Made by a program: the position numbers and the translations under genes | The notes under the pieces: model-generated | Seen by the model: only the letters and a program-made list of their open reading frames with translations | The model's database searches: none | Told to the model about the DNA's origin: nothing | Source of the DNA: Vulcanimicrobiota bacterium | GTDB taxonomy: Bacteria; Vulcanimicrobiota; Vulcanimicrobiia; Vulcanimicrobiales; Vulcanimicrobiaceae | Direction: 5' to 3' | NCBI GenBank assembly: GCA_963820825.1 | Contig: CAWGBN010000008.1 | Location: 64,001 to 128,000 of the forward strand | DNA: 64,000 bases | Part shown: one piece after another, positions 50,324-59,078 of the stretch | How positions within the stretch are numbered: position 1 is the stretch's first letter | How the letters are laid out: every line of letters begins with the position of its first letter

Positions 50324-52380
50324 TCGCCCTCGATCTCACCGGCGAGCAGCACCGCGCGGTCGACGCGCCGTTCGACGAGTGCTTCGCGATCCTCGGAACG
50401 GCCGGCAGCGGAAAGAGCACCGCTCTGGTCGAACGCGTCGCGCGCCTTCACGCGCTGCATCCGCAGGCAAAGCCTTTGGTGCTCGCGTCGCAGCGCAGCA
50501 TCGACGAGTACGCCGCCGCGCTGCTCGACTCGCTCGGCGTCGCTACCGCACTGGTCGACGACGTTGAAGCGGAGCTGCTCTTTGCGCAAGCCTGCTCGTC
50601 GCTCTTTGCCATGGAGTGGGAAGAGTTCGCGCGCAATCAGCTCGACCCCGAAGTGCCCGGACTTCGCTCGCCGCAATGGTTCTTGGAATCGGCCTTTCGT
50701 TTGATTCGGCGGCTGCGCGATGCCGCGGTCGAGCCGGCGGAGTTTCTCTCCCAGGCGTTGACTGCCGCCACCGAGTTTTATGCCCATCCCCCGAACTTTG
50801 CCGATCCGGCGCTCATCGCCGCAACGAAGGCGAAGGTTCACGACTCGCTCGACGTATCGCCGAAGGAGTTGCTGCGTCAGCAGCGGCGCGAGATCGACCT
50901 CGCCAAGATCCTGACGCGACTCTACGAGAGCTACTGCGAGCTGGTTCGTACGAACGGACGCATGACCGGACGCGACGCGACGGTTCTGGCAGCCGAACTG
51001 CTGCGCGCCGACCCGAAGTCCGCGGCGGCGCTGCGGGAGCGTCACCGGTTTGCCTTCGTGGACGACGCGCAGGAGCTCTCGAGCGGACAACTCCGGCTCC
51101 TGCGCGCAATCTTCGGAGAGCGGCTCGACGGAGTCACGCTCTGCGGCGATCCCGCATCGGCGACTGCGAGCGTTCGGATGACGCTCGGCCAGGCCGCGTT
51201 CGCGCCCGCGCAGTCGCGCGTCGAACTGCACGAGGCACGCCGCGCCCCGCGCATCGAGCGCCGCCGTCTCTCGTCGCCGCGTGAGGAAGCGACGGAGATT
51301 GCGCAACGAGTCGGCGAGTGGCTCGCGCAAGGAATCGCCCCCGAACGGATCGCGTTGCTCTTTCGATCGGTTCGCAGCGTCGAAGGCTACGAAGCGGCCT
51401 TGCTCGATCGCGATATCCCGACCGCCGTCGCCGGCGATGCGAATCTCTTCGCCGACCGGCGCGCGCTCGATGCGCTCGCGCTGCTCTGGAACGTCCACGA
51501 TCCGTTCCGCCACGATTGGATGCTGAGAACGTTGGCGAATCCCGCGCTCGGCCTCTCGGATGCGTCGCTTGCAATCCTCTGCAGCGAGCCACCCGATCCG
51601 CAGCGCCCGCTCTTTGCGCTCGATGACGAGCCGGCGCCAACCATTCGTGCAAGCCGTTGGGACCCAAAGCGCGACCTGCGTCTAGGCTGGAACGTCATTC
51701 GCGGCGAGCAGGATGACGCACTCAGCGGCGATGCGGCGGAACGCGTGCGGCGTTTTCGCGGATTGCGCGAGCGATGGCTGGAGCTGCTGCACGAGTCGTC
51801 GTTCGAAAGATTCGCGCGAACGGTCTGGCGCGAAGCGCTCGCGCGCCAAGGCGAGCCGGGCTCGGCGCGCGCGCGAGCGCAGCAGCTTGCCTTGCGGCGT
51901 CTTCTCGAGCGGCTCGCCGCCTTCGTTGCCGAGAATCCGGGCGCGGGGATCGGCGACGTGCTCGAATACGCGGAGGCGCGGATCGAAAGCGACGTCGAAA
52001 CCTGCGACCTGCCGGCCGAATCCGAGGGGTTCGTGCCGATCTTGAGCGTCGAAGCGGCACGCGGACGCGAATTCGACCACGTCGTCGTCGCGAACGTCCG
52101 GACCGGCGCCTTTCCCCGCTGGTACTCGCCCGACTCCTTCCTCTTCAGCCCGCGATACGGCATGATTCCCAAGGATAACGTCGGCGAGGCGGCCGCTTCG
52201 CGCACGGCTAAGTTCACCTATTATATGTTTCGCTCGAAGGCGTCGCGGCAGTACTACGAGCGCGAGCGCCGCGCGTTCGCCTACGCGCTGCGGCGCGCCG
52301 CGGAGAGCGCGCTCGTCACCGCCTCGGGTACGCCGACGCGCGGCGTGAGCGCGCCGGAGTTTCTCGAAGAACTCCGGTAA
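50320..52380 (+). CDS. UvrD/AdnA-like SF1 helicase (compact, degenerate)
   Basis: LTGEQHRAV Q motif; GTAGSGKST; FVDDAQE; LCGDP; IALLFRS; ARGREFDHV; ERRAFAYALRRA. Confidence 0.85.
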   Translation: MIALDLTGEQHRAVDAPFDECFAILGTAGSGKSTALVERVARLHALHPQAKPLVLASQRSIDEYAAALLDSLGVATALVDDVEAELLFAQACSSLFAMEWEEFARNQLDPEVPGLRSPQWFLESAFRLIRRLRDAAVEPAEFLSQALTAATEFYAHPPNFADPALIAATKAKVHDSLDVSPKELLRQQRREIDLAKILTRLYESYCELVRTNGRMTGRDATVLAAELLRADPKSAAALRERHRFAFVDDAQELSSGQLRLLRAIFGERLDGVTLCGDPASATASVRMTLGQAAFAPAQSRVELHEARRAPRIERRRLSSPREEATEIAQRVGEWLAQGIAPERIALLFRSVRSVEGYEAALLDRDIPTAVAGDANLFADRRALDALALLWNVHDPFRHDWMLRTLANPALGLSDASLAILCSEPPDPQRPLFALDDEPAPTIRASRWDPKRDLRLGWNVIRGEQDDALSGDAAERVRRFRGLRERWLELLHESSFERFARTVWREALARQGEPGSARARAQQLALRRLLERLAAFVAENPGAGIGDVLEYAEARIESDVETCDLPAESEGFVPILSVEAARGREFDHVVVANVRTGAFPRWYSPDSFLFSPRYGMIPKDNVGEAAASRTAKFTYYMFRSKASRQYYERERRAFAYALRRAAESALVTASGTPTRGVSAPEFLEELR

Positions 52381-52394
52381 GTCGCGAGGCGACG

Positions 52395-53348
52395 TTGCGG
52401 CTGCGTGAAATTCCCGCAGAGCGGTACGCGCGCGAGATCCTGCCGCAGACCGCGACGCTCTGGGCCGGCCGGCGCAGCTTCGACGAATACGTGGCTCAGA
52501 CGCTCGAGATCGCGCGCAGCTCCTACGGCCGCCGTCACTATCGCACGATCGGCCTCTACGACGAGCAGCGTTGCGTCGCGTCCTTCAAACGCTACGAACG
52601 AACGATGCGCCACGGCGCGAAACGCCTGCACGCGATCGGCTTCGGTGCGGTATTTACGCCACCCGAGTATCGCGGACGCGGATACGCCAGCGTCATGCTC
52701 GCGGCGGCGCTCGACCTCGCACGCAGCGAGGGCTACGATCTCGGCTATCTCTTCTCCGATATTCGTCCGCAGTTCTATGCCGCGATCGGCTTTCGAGTGC
52801 TTCCCTCGCGCCGGTTCTCGTTGCGCGCCGATCACCTTCCCTCGGTACGCCTCGATCTTGCGCCGCTCGGCGACGCCGATCGGAACCACGTGCGCCGGCT
52901 CTTCACCCGTACCGAGCGCCGTGGAAAGGTCGCGTTTCTGCGCAGCCTCCCGGTTTGGGATTGGATTCGCATGCGCGCCCGCCAGGCTTCGGAGCACCCC
53001 AGCGGAGACGCAACGAATTTGCTCGTGCGGCGCCGCGGACGCGCCGTCGCGTACGTTCTCGGCGTCCGGGATCCCAAGAACGATCGTTATGCCCTCGACG
53101 AGTTCGGCTTTGACGAAGAGGGCGCAACGGTCGTCGACGCGGTGCTGCGAGCCGCGGCCGGAGATCTGCGCCGGATCACCGGGTGGCTGCCGCCGAACGG
53201 CGCTCGCGAGATGCTGCCCAAGGCGGCCGTCGGCGCGCGCAAGAGCGCTATTCTGATGATGGCGCCGCTGAGCGACGAGGGCGAAGCGGCTCTTGGCGCC
53301 GCCTTAGCCGAGCGCGCCGAGATCGGCTGGGCGACCGATCACGTGTGA
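52395..53348 (+). CDS. GNAT family N-acetyltransferase
   Basis: VFTPPEYRGRGYAS and FYAAIGF motifs. Confidence 0.88.
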   Translation: MRLREIPAERYAREILPQTATLWAGRRSFDEYVAQTLEIARSSYGRRHYRTIGLYDEQRCVASFKRYERTMRHGAKRLHAIGFGAVFTPPEYRGRGYASVMLAAALDLARSEGYDLGYLFSDIRPQFYAAIGFRVLPSRRFSLRADHLPSVRLDLAPLGDADRNHVRRLFTRTERRGKVAFLRSLPVWDWIRMRARQASEHPSGDATNLLVRRRGRAVAYVLGVRDPKNDRYALDEFGFDEEGATVVDAVLRAAAGDLRRITGWLPPNGAREMLPKAAVGARKSAILMMAPLSDEGEAALGAALAERAEIGWATDHV

Positions 53349-54289
53349 TTCGCGGCTCTGCTGAGCGTAACGCCGAAGGGTTCGCCGAAGCCGCCGATTC
53401 GCTTGACCGGCGTTCCGCCCGCGGGATACTTCCAAAACATCACGCTCTTGCCGTGAAAGCTCGCCGCGACGATCGTGTCGCCGGCGACAAAGTATTGGGT
53501 GACGAAACGGCACGTTTGCAAGGGTGCCGAGCCGACGAGCTTTCCGGTCGTTCGCGGTATCGAGAACCGGTAAACGGTCGACGTGCTCGAGTCCGCAACC
53601 GCGACGTGCGTTCCATCCCAAGCGACGCCGCCGCCGATCTTGAAGTCGTTGTTCAACGTTACCGGTCGTAGAGATTTTCCGCCGCGCGGCAGCTCGAGGA
53701 ACGCAAACGGCTCGCTCGGTACGGCGTAGGTTGCATCGACGAAGAGATTTCCATGGGCGTCGTACGCGTCGAAAAAGAACTTGTAGATGAAGCCATAGCC
53801 GTACTTCTTCGGATGGCCGAGCGCGTGGGCGTAGACCGATAGGCCGCCCGCGCCTCGGATCGATTCGAGATTCACGACGGCGAGGTCGCCGGAGGTCGAA
53901 TCGACGGCGCAGCTATATGGGTACTCGTTGTAGTCGGGCAGGGTTCGCAGCCGTTTCGTGCTGCCATGCGCGTATTCGAGCACCGTCGAGTTCGCGCTGT
54001 CGGGAATGTAGACGTTTCCCGCTTTATCGGAACATAAGCCGGTTGGATAGATGAAGTTCTGCAGGATACCCGCGAGTTTGCCGCTGAGCTTTCCGTCGGG
54101 AAAGGAGTACGCGTAGACGTCGTTCGTCTCGAAATCGGAGACGTAGAATAGGTCGAGTTTCGCCGCGCCCGGCGCCATCCACGAGCCTCGCGGCTGCGGC
54201 GAAAGCGACGTTACGCTGGGGAGCGATTGCGCGTTACAACCGGCCAACCCCGCGACGGCAATACAAGCAATCGACCATCGTCGCAGCAT
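53339..54289 (-). CDS. Secreted lipoprotein, probable beta-propeller
   Basis: LAGC lipobox; repeated blade-like units (GLCSDKAGNVY, YDAHGNLFV, WDGTHVAV). Confidence 0.8.
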   Translation of the reverse strand: MLRRWSIACIAVAGLAGCNAQSLPSVTSLSPQPRGSWMAPGAAKLDLFYVSDFETNDVYAYSFPDGKLSGKLAGILQNFIYPTGLCSDKAGNVYIPDSANSTVLEYAHGSTKRLRTLPDYNEYPYSCAVDSTSGDLAVVNLESIRGAGGLSVYAHALGHPKKYGYGFIYKFFFDAYDAHGNLFVDATYAVPSEPFAFLELPRGGKSLRPVTLNNDFKIGGGVAWDGTHVAVADSSTSTVYRFSIPRTTGKLVGSAPLQTCRFVTQYFVAGDTIVAASFHGKSVMFWKYPAGGTPVKRIGGFGEPFGVTLSRAANHT

Positions 54290-54335
54290 CGCCGTCTCTC
54301 TGCGCGACGGAGGCGCATCTTCCCTCGAAGCGGTG

Positions 54336-55394
54336 CTAAAAGAGGCTTGTTTGCAAGGCGTCGCCTTCGATCAGGGATGCGACGCGCGTTCCAAGCAACC
54401 GGACCGGGCTTCCCTCCAGTGCCGCGCGGCGAAGGCAATAAACGGCCGCGCGAAAGATGCGGCGCGGATCGCGCGTCGGTTCGGCCAAATGCGTCTGGCG
54501 TCCGAGAATCGTGAAATCGCCTCGCTTGATCTTTACGCCGACGGTCTGGGCAACGCTCCGTTCGCGCTCGAGCGACTCGGCGAGCTCGCGCGCTTGCACG
54601 CGCAAGACTTCGATCAGTTGATGCTCGTCGCGCACGTCGTACTCGAATGTCTCTTCGGTGGAGATCGATTTTGTCTCGCGCTCGGTCTCGACCGGCCGCC
54701 GATCGATGCCGCGAGAGAGATCGCGTACCTCGCGCCACCACGATCCGAAGAGCTCGCGCAGACGCGCTTCGTCGAGCGCGGCGAGCTCGCCGATCGTCGC
54801 AATGCCGTAGACGCTCAAGCGCGCCTGCATCTTCGGGCCGATACCCCAAAGCCGGGCGACCGGTAGCGGGGCGAGAAATGTCGCCTCGTCGCCCGGCGCG
54901 ACGCCGAGCAGGCCATCGGGCTTACAGGCATCGGAGGCGATCTTTGCGATCATCTTCCCGGTCGCAACGCCGGCACTGACCGTCAATCCCGTTGCATCGA
55001 GAATTTCGCGGCGGAGCGCGGCGGCAAACCCGCACGCCTGCGCGTGCGTCGTCTCGCCTATGCCGACGAAGGCTTCGTCGAGCGACATTCCTTCGACGGG
55101 GCATCCTCGGCTGCGCATGATTGCAAAGATCTCGCGCGAGATCTCGCGATACTTCTGCATCTCCGGAGGAACGACGATCAAACTGGGACAGGCGATGCGA
55201 GCCTTGTAGAGCGGCATCGCCGAACGCACGCCGTACGGACGCGCTTCGTACGAAGCGGTCAGTACGACCGCTCGCCGGCTGCGTCCCGCGATTGCGACCG
55301 GCTTCCCGCGTAAGCGCGGATCGTCGCGCACGGCGACGCTTGCATAGAACGCGTCGACGTCGAAGTGCGCGACGTACTTAGCGCTCTCGTTCAC
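54336..55394 (-). CDS. dinB: DNA polymerase IV
   Basis: HFDVDAFYASV, ASYEARPYGVRSAMP, SLDEAF and KPDG motifs; ends in the clamp-binding-like QTSLF. Confidence 0.95.
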   Translation of the reverse strand: MNESAKYVAHFDVDAFYASVAVRDDPRLRGKPVAIAGRSRRAVVLTASYEARPYGVRSAMPLYKARIACPSLIVVPPEMQKYREISREIFAIMRSRGCPVEGMSLDEAFVGIGETTHAQACGFAAALRREILDATGLTVSAGVATGKMIAKIASDACKPDGLLGVAPGDEATFLAPLPVARLWGIGPKMQARLSVYGIATIGELAALDEARLRELFGSWWREVRDLSRGIDRRPVETERETKSISTEETFEYDVRDEHQLIEVLRVQARELAESLERERSVAQTVGVKIKRGDFTILGRQTHLAEPTRDPRRIFRAAVYCLRRAALEGSPVRLLGTRVASLIEGDALQTSLF

Positions 55395-55962
55395 GCTGGC
55401 GGCGCCGTTGCGCTTTCGCTTGATTCCCGCAGGTCGCCATGCTGCACCAGGCGCGCGACGCATTCTTGGTGTGATCGTAGTAGGCGAAACGGCAGGATGC
55501 CTTGCGGCAGGCGCGCAGGCGCGTCCACGTACCGAGGAGCTCGGACTCGTAGACGACCGCCAGCAGGGAGGCGATCGGACCCTTGTCTTGAGGCCTCAAT
55601 TCCAAGCCTCGTGCCGGGTTGACGGCCAAGCTCAATCGCGTGCTCGCGAGGAACGGCTGCATCTGCTCCCAAGCGGCGGGGCCGTCGCCCTCTCCGTTGT
55701 TCGCGAAGAGCAAATCGCGCAGCGTCTCGCGGAAGTCGCGCAGCTGCGTGAGGTGCCCCTGGTCCCTCGCGGGCGCCAGCCCGTGGCTCAGACACCACGC
55801 GCGCGCCTTCTCCAGCGAATCGAGCTCGTCGGGTCCGCTCGGCAGTTCGACCGTATTCACGAAGCGCCGCACCAGCTCGAGGGAGCCCGGTGCCGAGTCG
55901 GGGGCGGCGGCGATCACGCCGCTCTGCGTACCGGTTGGGTCACCGGCAAAACTGGTTGACAA
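55378..55962 (-). CDS. ABATE / CGNR zinc-finger protein (putative regulator)
   Basis: FVNT; RLRAC..C..YYDHTKN.SR.WCSMATCGNQAK. Confidence 0.9.
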   Translation of the reverse strand: MSTSFAGDPTGTQSGVIAAAPDSAPGSLELVRRFVNTVELPSGPDELDSLEKARAWCLSHGLAPARDQGHLTQLRDFRETLRDLLFANNGEGDGPAAWEQMQPFLASTRLSLAVNPARGLELRPQDKGPIASLLAVVYESELLGTWTRLRACRKASCRFAYYDHTKNASRAWCSMATCGNQAKAQRRRQRERER

Positions 55963-55984
55963 GTTACCGTCACCACCGTATAAT
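55956..55984 (+). promoter_or_regulatory. Consensus sigma70 promoter
   Basis: TTGACA (55956-55961), 17-nt spacer, TATAAT (55979-55984). Confidence 0.85.
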
Positions 55985-56020
55985 GATTGAAGGTTACCAC
56001 ATCCGTCAAGAGGTTTTCAA

Positions 56021-56158
56021 ATGTTCCGCGATCCGATCCGCAATGCTCCGCTCGTCTCCGACGTCACCGACGTCGACCTGCGGCTTAAAATCAACCGGGC
56101 CGACTCGGCCCTCTTCCTCGAGTCGAATCTGCGCCTGCCGCACCTGCGTGTGGGCTAG
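56021..56158 (+). CDS. Small 45-aa protein, below the ORF-track cutoff
   Basis: MFRDPIRNAPLVSDVTDVDLRLKINRADSALFLESNLRLPHLRVG*; AAGAGG RBS; high GC3; ends 3 nt before the convergent nfo stop. Confidence 0.7.
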   Translation: MFRDPIRNAPLVSDVTDVDLRLKINRADSALFLESNLRLPHLRVG

Positions 56159-56161
56159 GGT

Positions 56162-57013
56162 CTAGGACGACGCGAGCGCGCCGCGCGCAATAGCCAGAAT
56201 GGTTTGCATGTTGCGGGCGTCGTCCGCGTCGTCCCCCGGCGTCTCGAGTATCGCCGTCTTCTCGCGCAGCTCGGGATGCGCGAGCAGTGCGCGAAAGCCC
56301 TCGAAGCCGATTCGACCCTCGCCGATATGCCAGTGGCGGTCGCGGCTCGCTCCGAGCGCGACCTCCGTATCGTTGAAATGAAACATCAGAATTCGATCGA
56401 CGCCGATCTCTCGCTCCGCGAGCTCCACAAAGCGATCGACCCCGTCTTTGGTATCGATCGCGTATCCCGAGGCCCAAGCATGCGCGGTGTCGAGACAGAC
56501 GCCGAGCTGCGGATGCGCTAAGCGCTTCACGAACGCGCCGAGCTCTTCGAGCGTACCGCCGGCCAGGTTGCCGGCTCCCGCCGAGTTTTCCAAGACCAGA
56601 TAGACGCCGGGCTCGATATCGGCAAGCGCCGCTTCGAGCGCGCGGCAAATCGCCGCGAACCCTACGTCGCGGTTGCCGGTGCCGTACGAGCCCAGATGCG
56701 TGTTGACGAACCGAATCTCTCCTCGCGCCGCAACGGCCAAATCGTTGCGGAGCAGATTGAGCGAACCGTGAGCAATCTTCGGATCGGCGCTGGCGAGGTT
56801 GATCAGATACGGCGTGTGGATCGCACAGGGATCGAGCCCCGCTTCGCGCCGCAGTCTCGCAAAGTTGCTCAGCGCCTCTTCGTCGATCGCGGTCGTTCGA
56901 TAGCTGCGCGGATTGGTCGAGAAGACTTGCATCGCGCTCGAGCCGATCGCCTTTGCGTGCTCGACCGCCTTGACGTAGCCGGCTGCGACGCGGACGTGCA
57001 TTCCAATGCGCAT
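56162..57013 (-). CDS. nfo: Endonuclease IV
   Basis: IHTPYLINLAS, LENSAG, CLDTAHAW, HFND, DRHWHIGEG and ILETP motifs. Confidence 0.95.
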   Translation of the reverse strand: MRIGMHVRVAAGYVKAVEHAKAIGSSAMQVFSTNPRSYRTTAIDEEALSNFARLRREAGLDPCAIHTPYLINLASADPKIAHGSLNLLRNDLAVAARGEIRFVNTHLGSYGTGNRDVGFAAICRALEAALADIEPGVYLVLENSAGAGNLAGGTLEELGAFVKRLAHPQLGVCLDTAHAWASGYAIDTKDGVDRFVELAEREIGVDRILMFHFNDTEVALGASRDRHWHIGEGRIGFEGFRALLAHPELREKTAILETPGDDADDARNMQTILAIARGALASS

Positions 57014-57573
57014 CAGCCCTTCGGACCGGCCAAGTCGAACTCGAGCGCCTGGCCGGGTTCGAGCTCGAGCTCCGGCAAGTCGTCGAGCGAGCGCAGCCCA
57101 AACGATTCCAAGAAGAACGGCGTCGTCTTATAGCGCATCGGACGGCCGACGACGTCCTTTCGCCCCGCCTCGTCGATGAGTCCACGATCGAGCAGCGTGC
57201 TTACGACGCTGTCGGAGTTCACGCCGCGTATCGCTTCGATCTCGCTGCGCGTGACCGGCTGGAGGTGCGCCACGATCGCCAGCGCTTCGAGAGCCGGCGT
57301 CGAGAGCGAGTTTTTCGGCGGCAGCAGGTAAGCCTCGACCACGTCGCGCGCGAGCGGCGACGTTGCAAAGCGATACCCTCCCGCAACCTCGCGCAGAACG
57401 ATGCCGCGCTCGCTATACTCCGCCTCGACGTGCTGAAGAACCGCGGCGATCTCGCGTTCCTCCGCATGCAAGAGTTTGGCGAGCTGCGCGATCGAGAGCG
57501 CTTCGCTCGCAACGAAAAGCACCGCCTCGACTGGGCGCTGCAGGCGTAAGATCGCTTCGTCGAGGCCGTTCAT
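57013..57573 (-). CDS. scpB: SMC-Scp complex subunit ScpB
   Basis: EAVLFV; LSTPALEALAIVAHLQPVTRSEIEAIRGV; FGLRSLDDLP. Confidence 0.95.
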   Translation of the reverse strand: MNGLDEAILRLQRPVEAVLFVASEALSIAQLAKLLHAEEREIAAVLQHVEAEYSERGIVLREVAGGYRFATSPLARDVVEAYLLPPKNSLSTPALEALAIVAHLQPVTRSEIEAIRGVNSDSVVSTLLDRGLIDEAGRKDVVGRPMRYKTTPFFLESFGLRSLDDLPELELEPGQALEFDLAGPKG

Positions 57574-58328
57574 GCCGCCGCTTTCGGCATCGCGAAGAGC
57601 CGAATGTCGTCGAAGGCTTCGGGCTGCTCGAAACTGATTCGCCGCCGGCGGACGAGTTCGAGGATGGCCAGAAACGTCACCACGATGACGTCGCGCGTCA
57701 TCCCGAGCTCCCGGCAAAGCTGCGAAAAATACGCCTCATCCGATTCCTTGATTCGTTTGACGACATAATCCATCGTCGCGATCAGCGAGACGCGCTCCCG
57801 CGCGATCGACCGCTTCTCGGGGCGCGCCTGGGCGAGCATCGCGACGAAGGCGCGCTTGAGCTTCTCCGGATCGATGTCGTATCGCTGCAAGATCTCCCCG
57901 GCCGGGTCGCCGGGCTCGCGATAAAAGAACGAGCTCGCCTCGCTCTGTTGTTCGCGCAGTTCCTCACCGAGCTCGCGGTACTTCGAGTAGGCGATGAGCC
58001 GGCGGCGCAACCGCTCCTCGACCTCCTCGGGCGTCTCGCTCTCCTCGTCGAGCAGCTCTTGCGGAATCGGCGGCAAGAGCGCCTTCGACTTCAGGAAGAG
58101 CAGCGTCGCGGCGATGACCAAATACTCGGCCGCGATCTCGACGTCGCGCGCCTGCATCGCGCGGACGTATGCGAGGTACTGCTCGGCGACGCTTGCCAGC
58201 GGAACCGTGGCGATGTCGAGCTGCTGCTCCTTGATCAGACCGAGCAGAAGGTCGAGCGGACCGTCGAAGGCATCGAGCCGCACGCAGAAGGCGTGCGCGT
58301 CGGAGATCGCGTGCGCGTCGCTGTTCAG
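57570..58328 (-). CDS. scpA: Segregation/condensation protein ScpA (start CTG 58328 or GTG 58283)
   Basis: FDGPLDLLL, AEYLVIAATLLFLKSKALLP and TFLAILEL motifs. Confidence 0.94.
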   Translation of the reverse strand: MNSDAHAISDAHAFCVRLDAFDGPLDLLLGLIKEQQLDIATVPLASVAEQYLAYVRAMQARDVEIAAEYLVIAATLLFLKSKALLPPIPQELLDEESETPEEVEERLRRRLIAYSKYRELGEELREQQSEASSFFYREPGDPAGEILQRYDIDPEKLKRAFVAMLAQARPEKRSIARERVSLIATMDYVVKRIKESDEAYFSQLCRELGMTRDVIVVTFLAILELVRRRRISFEQPEAFDDIRLFAMPKAAA

Positions 58329-58807
58329 GAGGAGATGGGCTCGGCGGTGCGAGCGACGATCTCGGGTACGCCGAACGCTTCGGGGTGCTCGGCGAGAAAC
58401 TCGAGCGCGAGATCTACGAGCCGCTTTTCGTTGACGTATTTGAGCGTCTTACGCGCTTGCGTCAAGTCGAACCACGCCGCGTCGTCGACCTCGTGATCGT
58501 GATTTGCGGGATCGCCCGAGAGATAGCGCATCAAAAAGAAGGTAACGGCCTTTTTGTGCTTTGCCTTGCCGACGTAGAACCAATAGGAGATCTCGTTGAG
58601 GCGCGCTACGATCTCTGCCCAACAACCCGTCTCCTCGTGGACTTCGCGCAGCGCCGCCTGCTCGGTCGTCTCGCGCGCTTCGACGTGCCCCTTGGGCAAC
58701 GTCCAGACGCGCGGCGGATCGCCGCGGCCGATAAGTAGGGCATCGAAGGTCGAATCCCGGCGGCGCAGCAGCAATCCGCCCGCCGACACCTCGTACTTGA
58801 TTCGCAT
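58325..58807 (-). CDS. NUDIX hydrolase (Ap4A-hydrolase-like)
   Basis: SAGG; Nudix box WTLPKGHVE..ETTEQAALREVHEETG. Confidence 0.92.
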   Translation of the reverse strand: MRIKYEVSAGGLLLRRRDSTFDALLIGRGDPPRVWTLPKGHVEARETTEQAALREVHEETGCWAEIVARLNEISYWFYVGKAKHKKAVTFFLMRYLSGDPANHDHEVDDAAWFDLTQARKTLKYVNEKRLVDLALEFLAEHPEAFGVPEIVARTAEPISS

Positions 58808-58827
58808 GACGCTCCACTGGGGGGACG

Positions 58828-58869
58828 GGTAAGGGGGCACTTGCGAGCCCCCTGATTACCTCCATTATA
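58828..58869 (-). promoter_or_regulatory. -10 TATAAT followed by a GC-rich leader hairpin
   Basis: TATAAT at 58869-58864; AGGGGGC/GCCCCCT stem at 58832-58853. Confidence 0.5.
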
Positions 58870-58906
58870 CCGTCCGGCCCCAAGAAGGGCTGCCGCAAGT
58901 ATCGCC

Positions 58907-59078
58907 TTACTGACCTGCTTGCTTTGCCCAACGGTAAAGCACCCGGCCAGCCTCGGCCACCGCCGGGCGGCGGCTCTTTCGCCGCCGACGGCGGGGAGCC
59001 GCCCGCGCCGCATCCGGAGGCATCGACAACGGCAATCATTGACGCGAAGAGCACGATAAAGAGCAAACGGTTACGCAC
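58907..59078 (-). CDS. Possible small secreted/lipoprotein with one +1 indel
   Basis: GTG-RNRLLFIVLFASMIAVVDASGC, then PAVAEAGRVLYRWAKQAGQ* in the next frame. Confidence 0.35.

Noticed and set aside
49525..52380. 951-aa nuclease-helicase fusion in the ORF track
   Set aside because: The upstream part is a patchwork caused by frameshifts. The nuclease C-terminus has its own stop at 50323, overlapping the helicase TTG.
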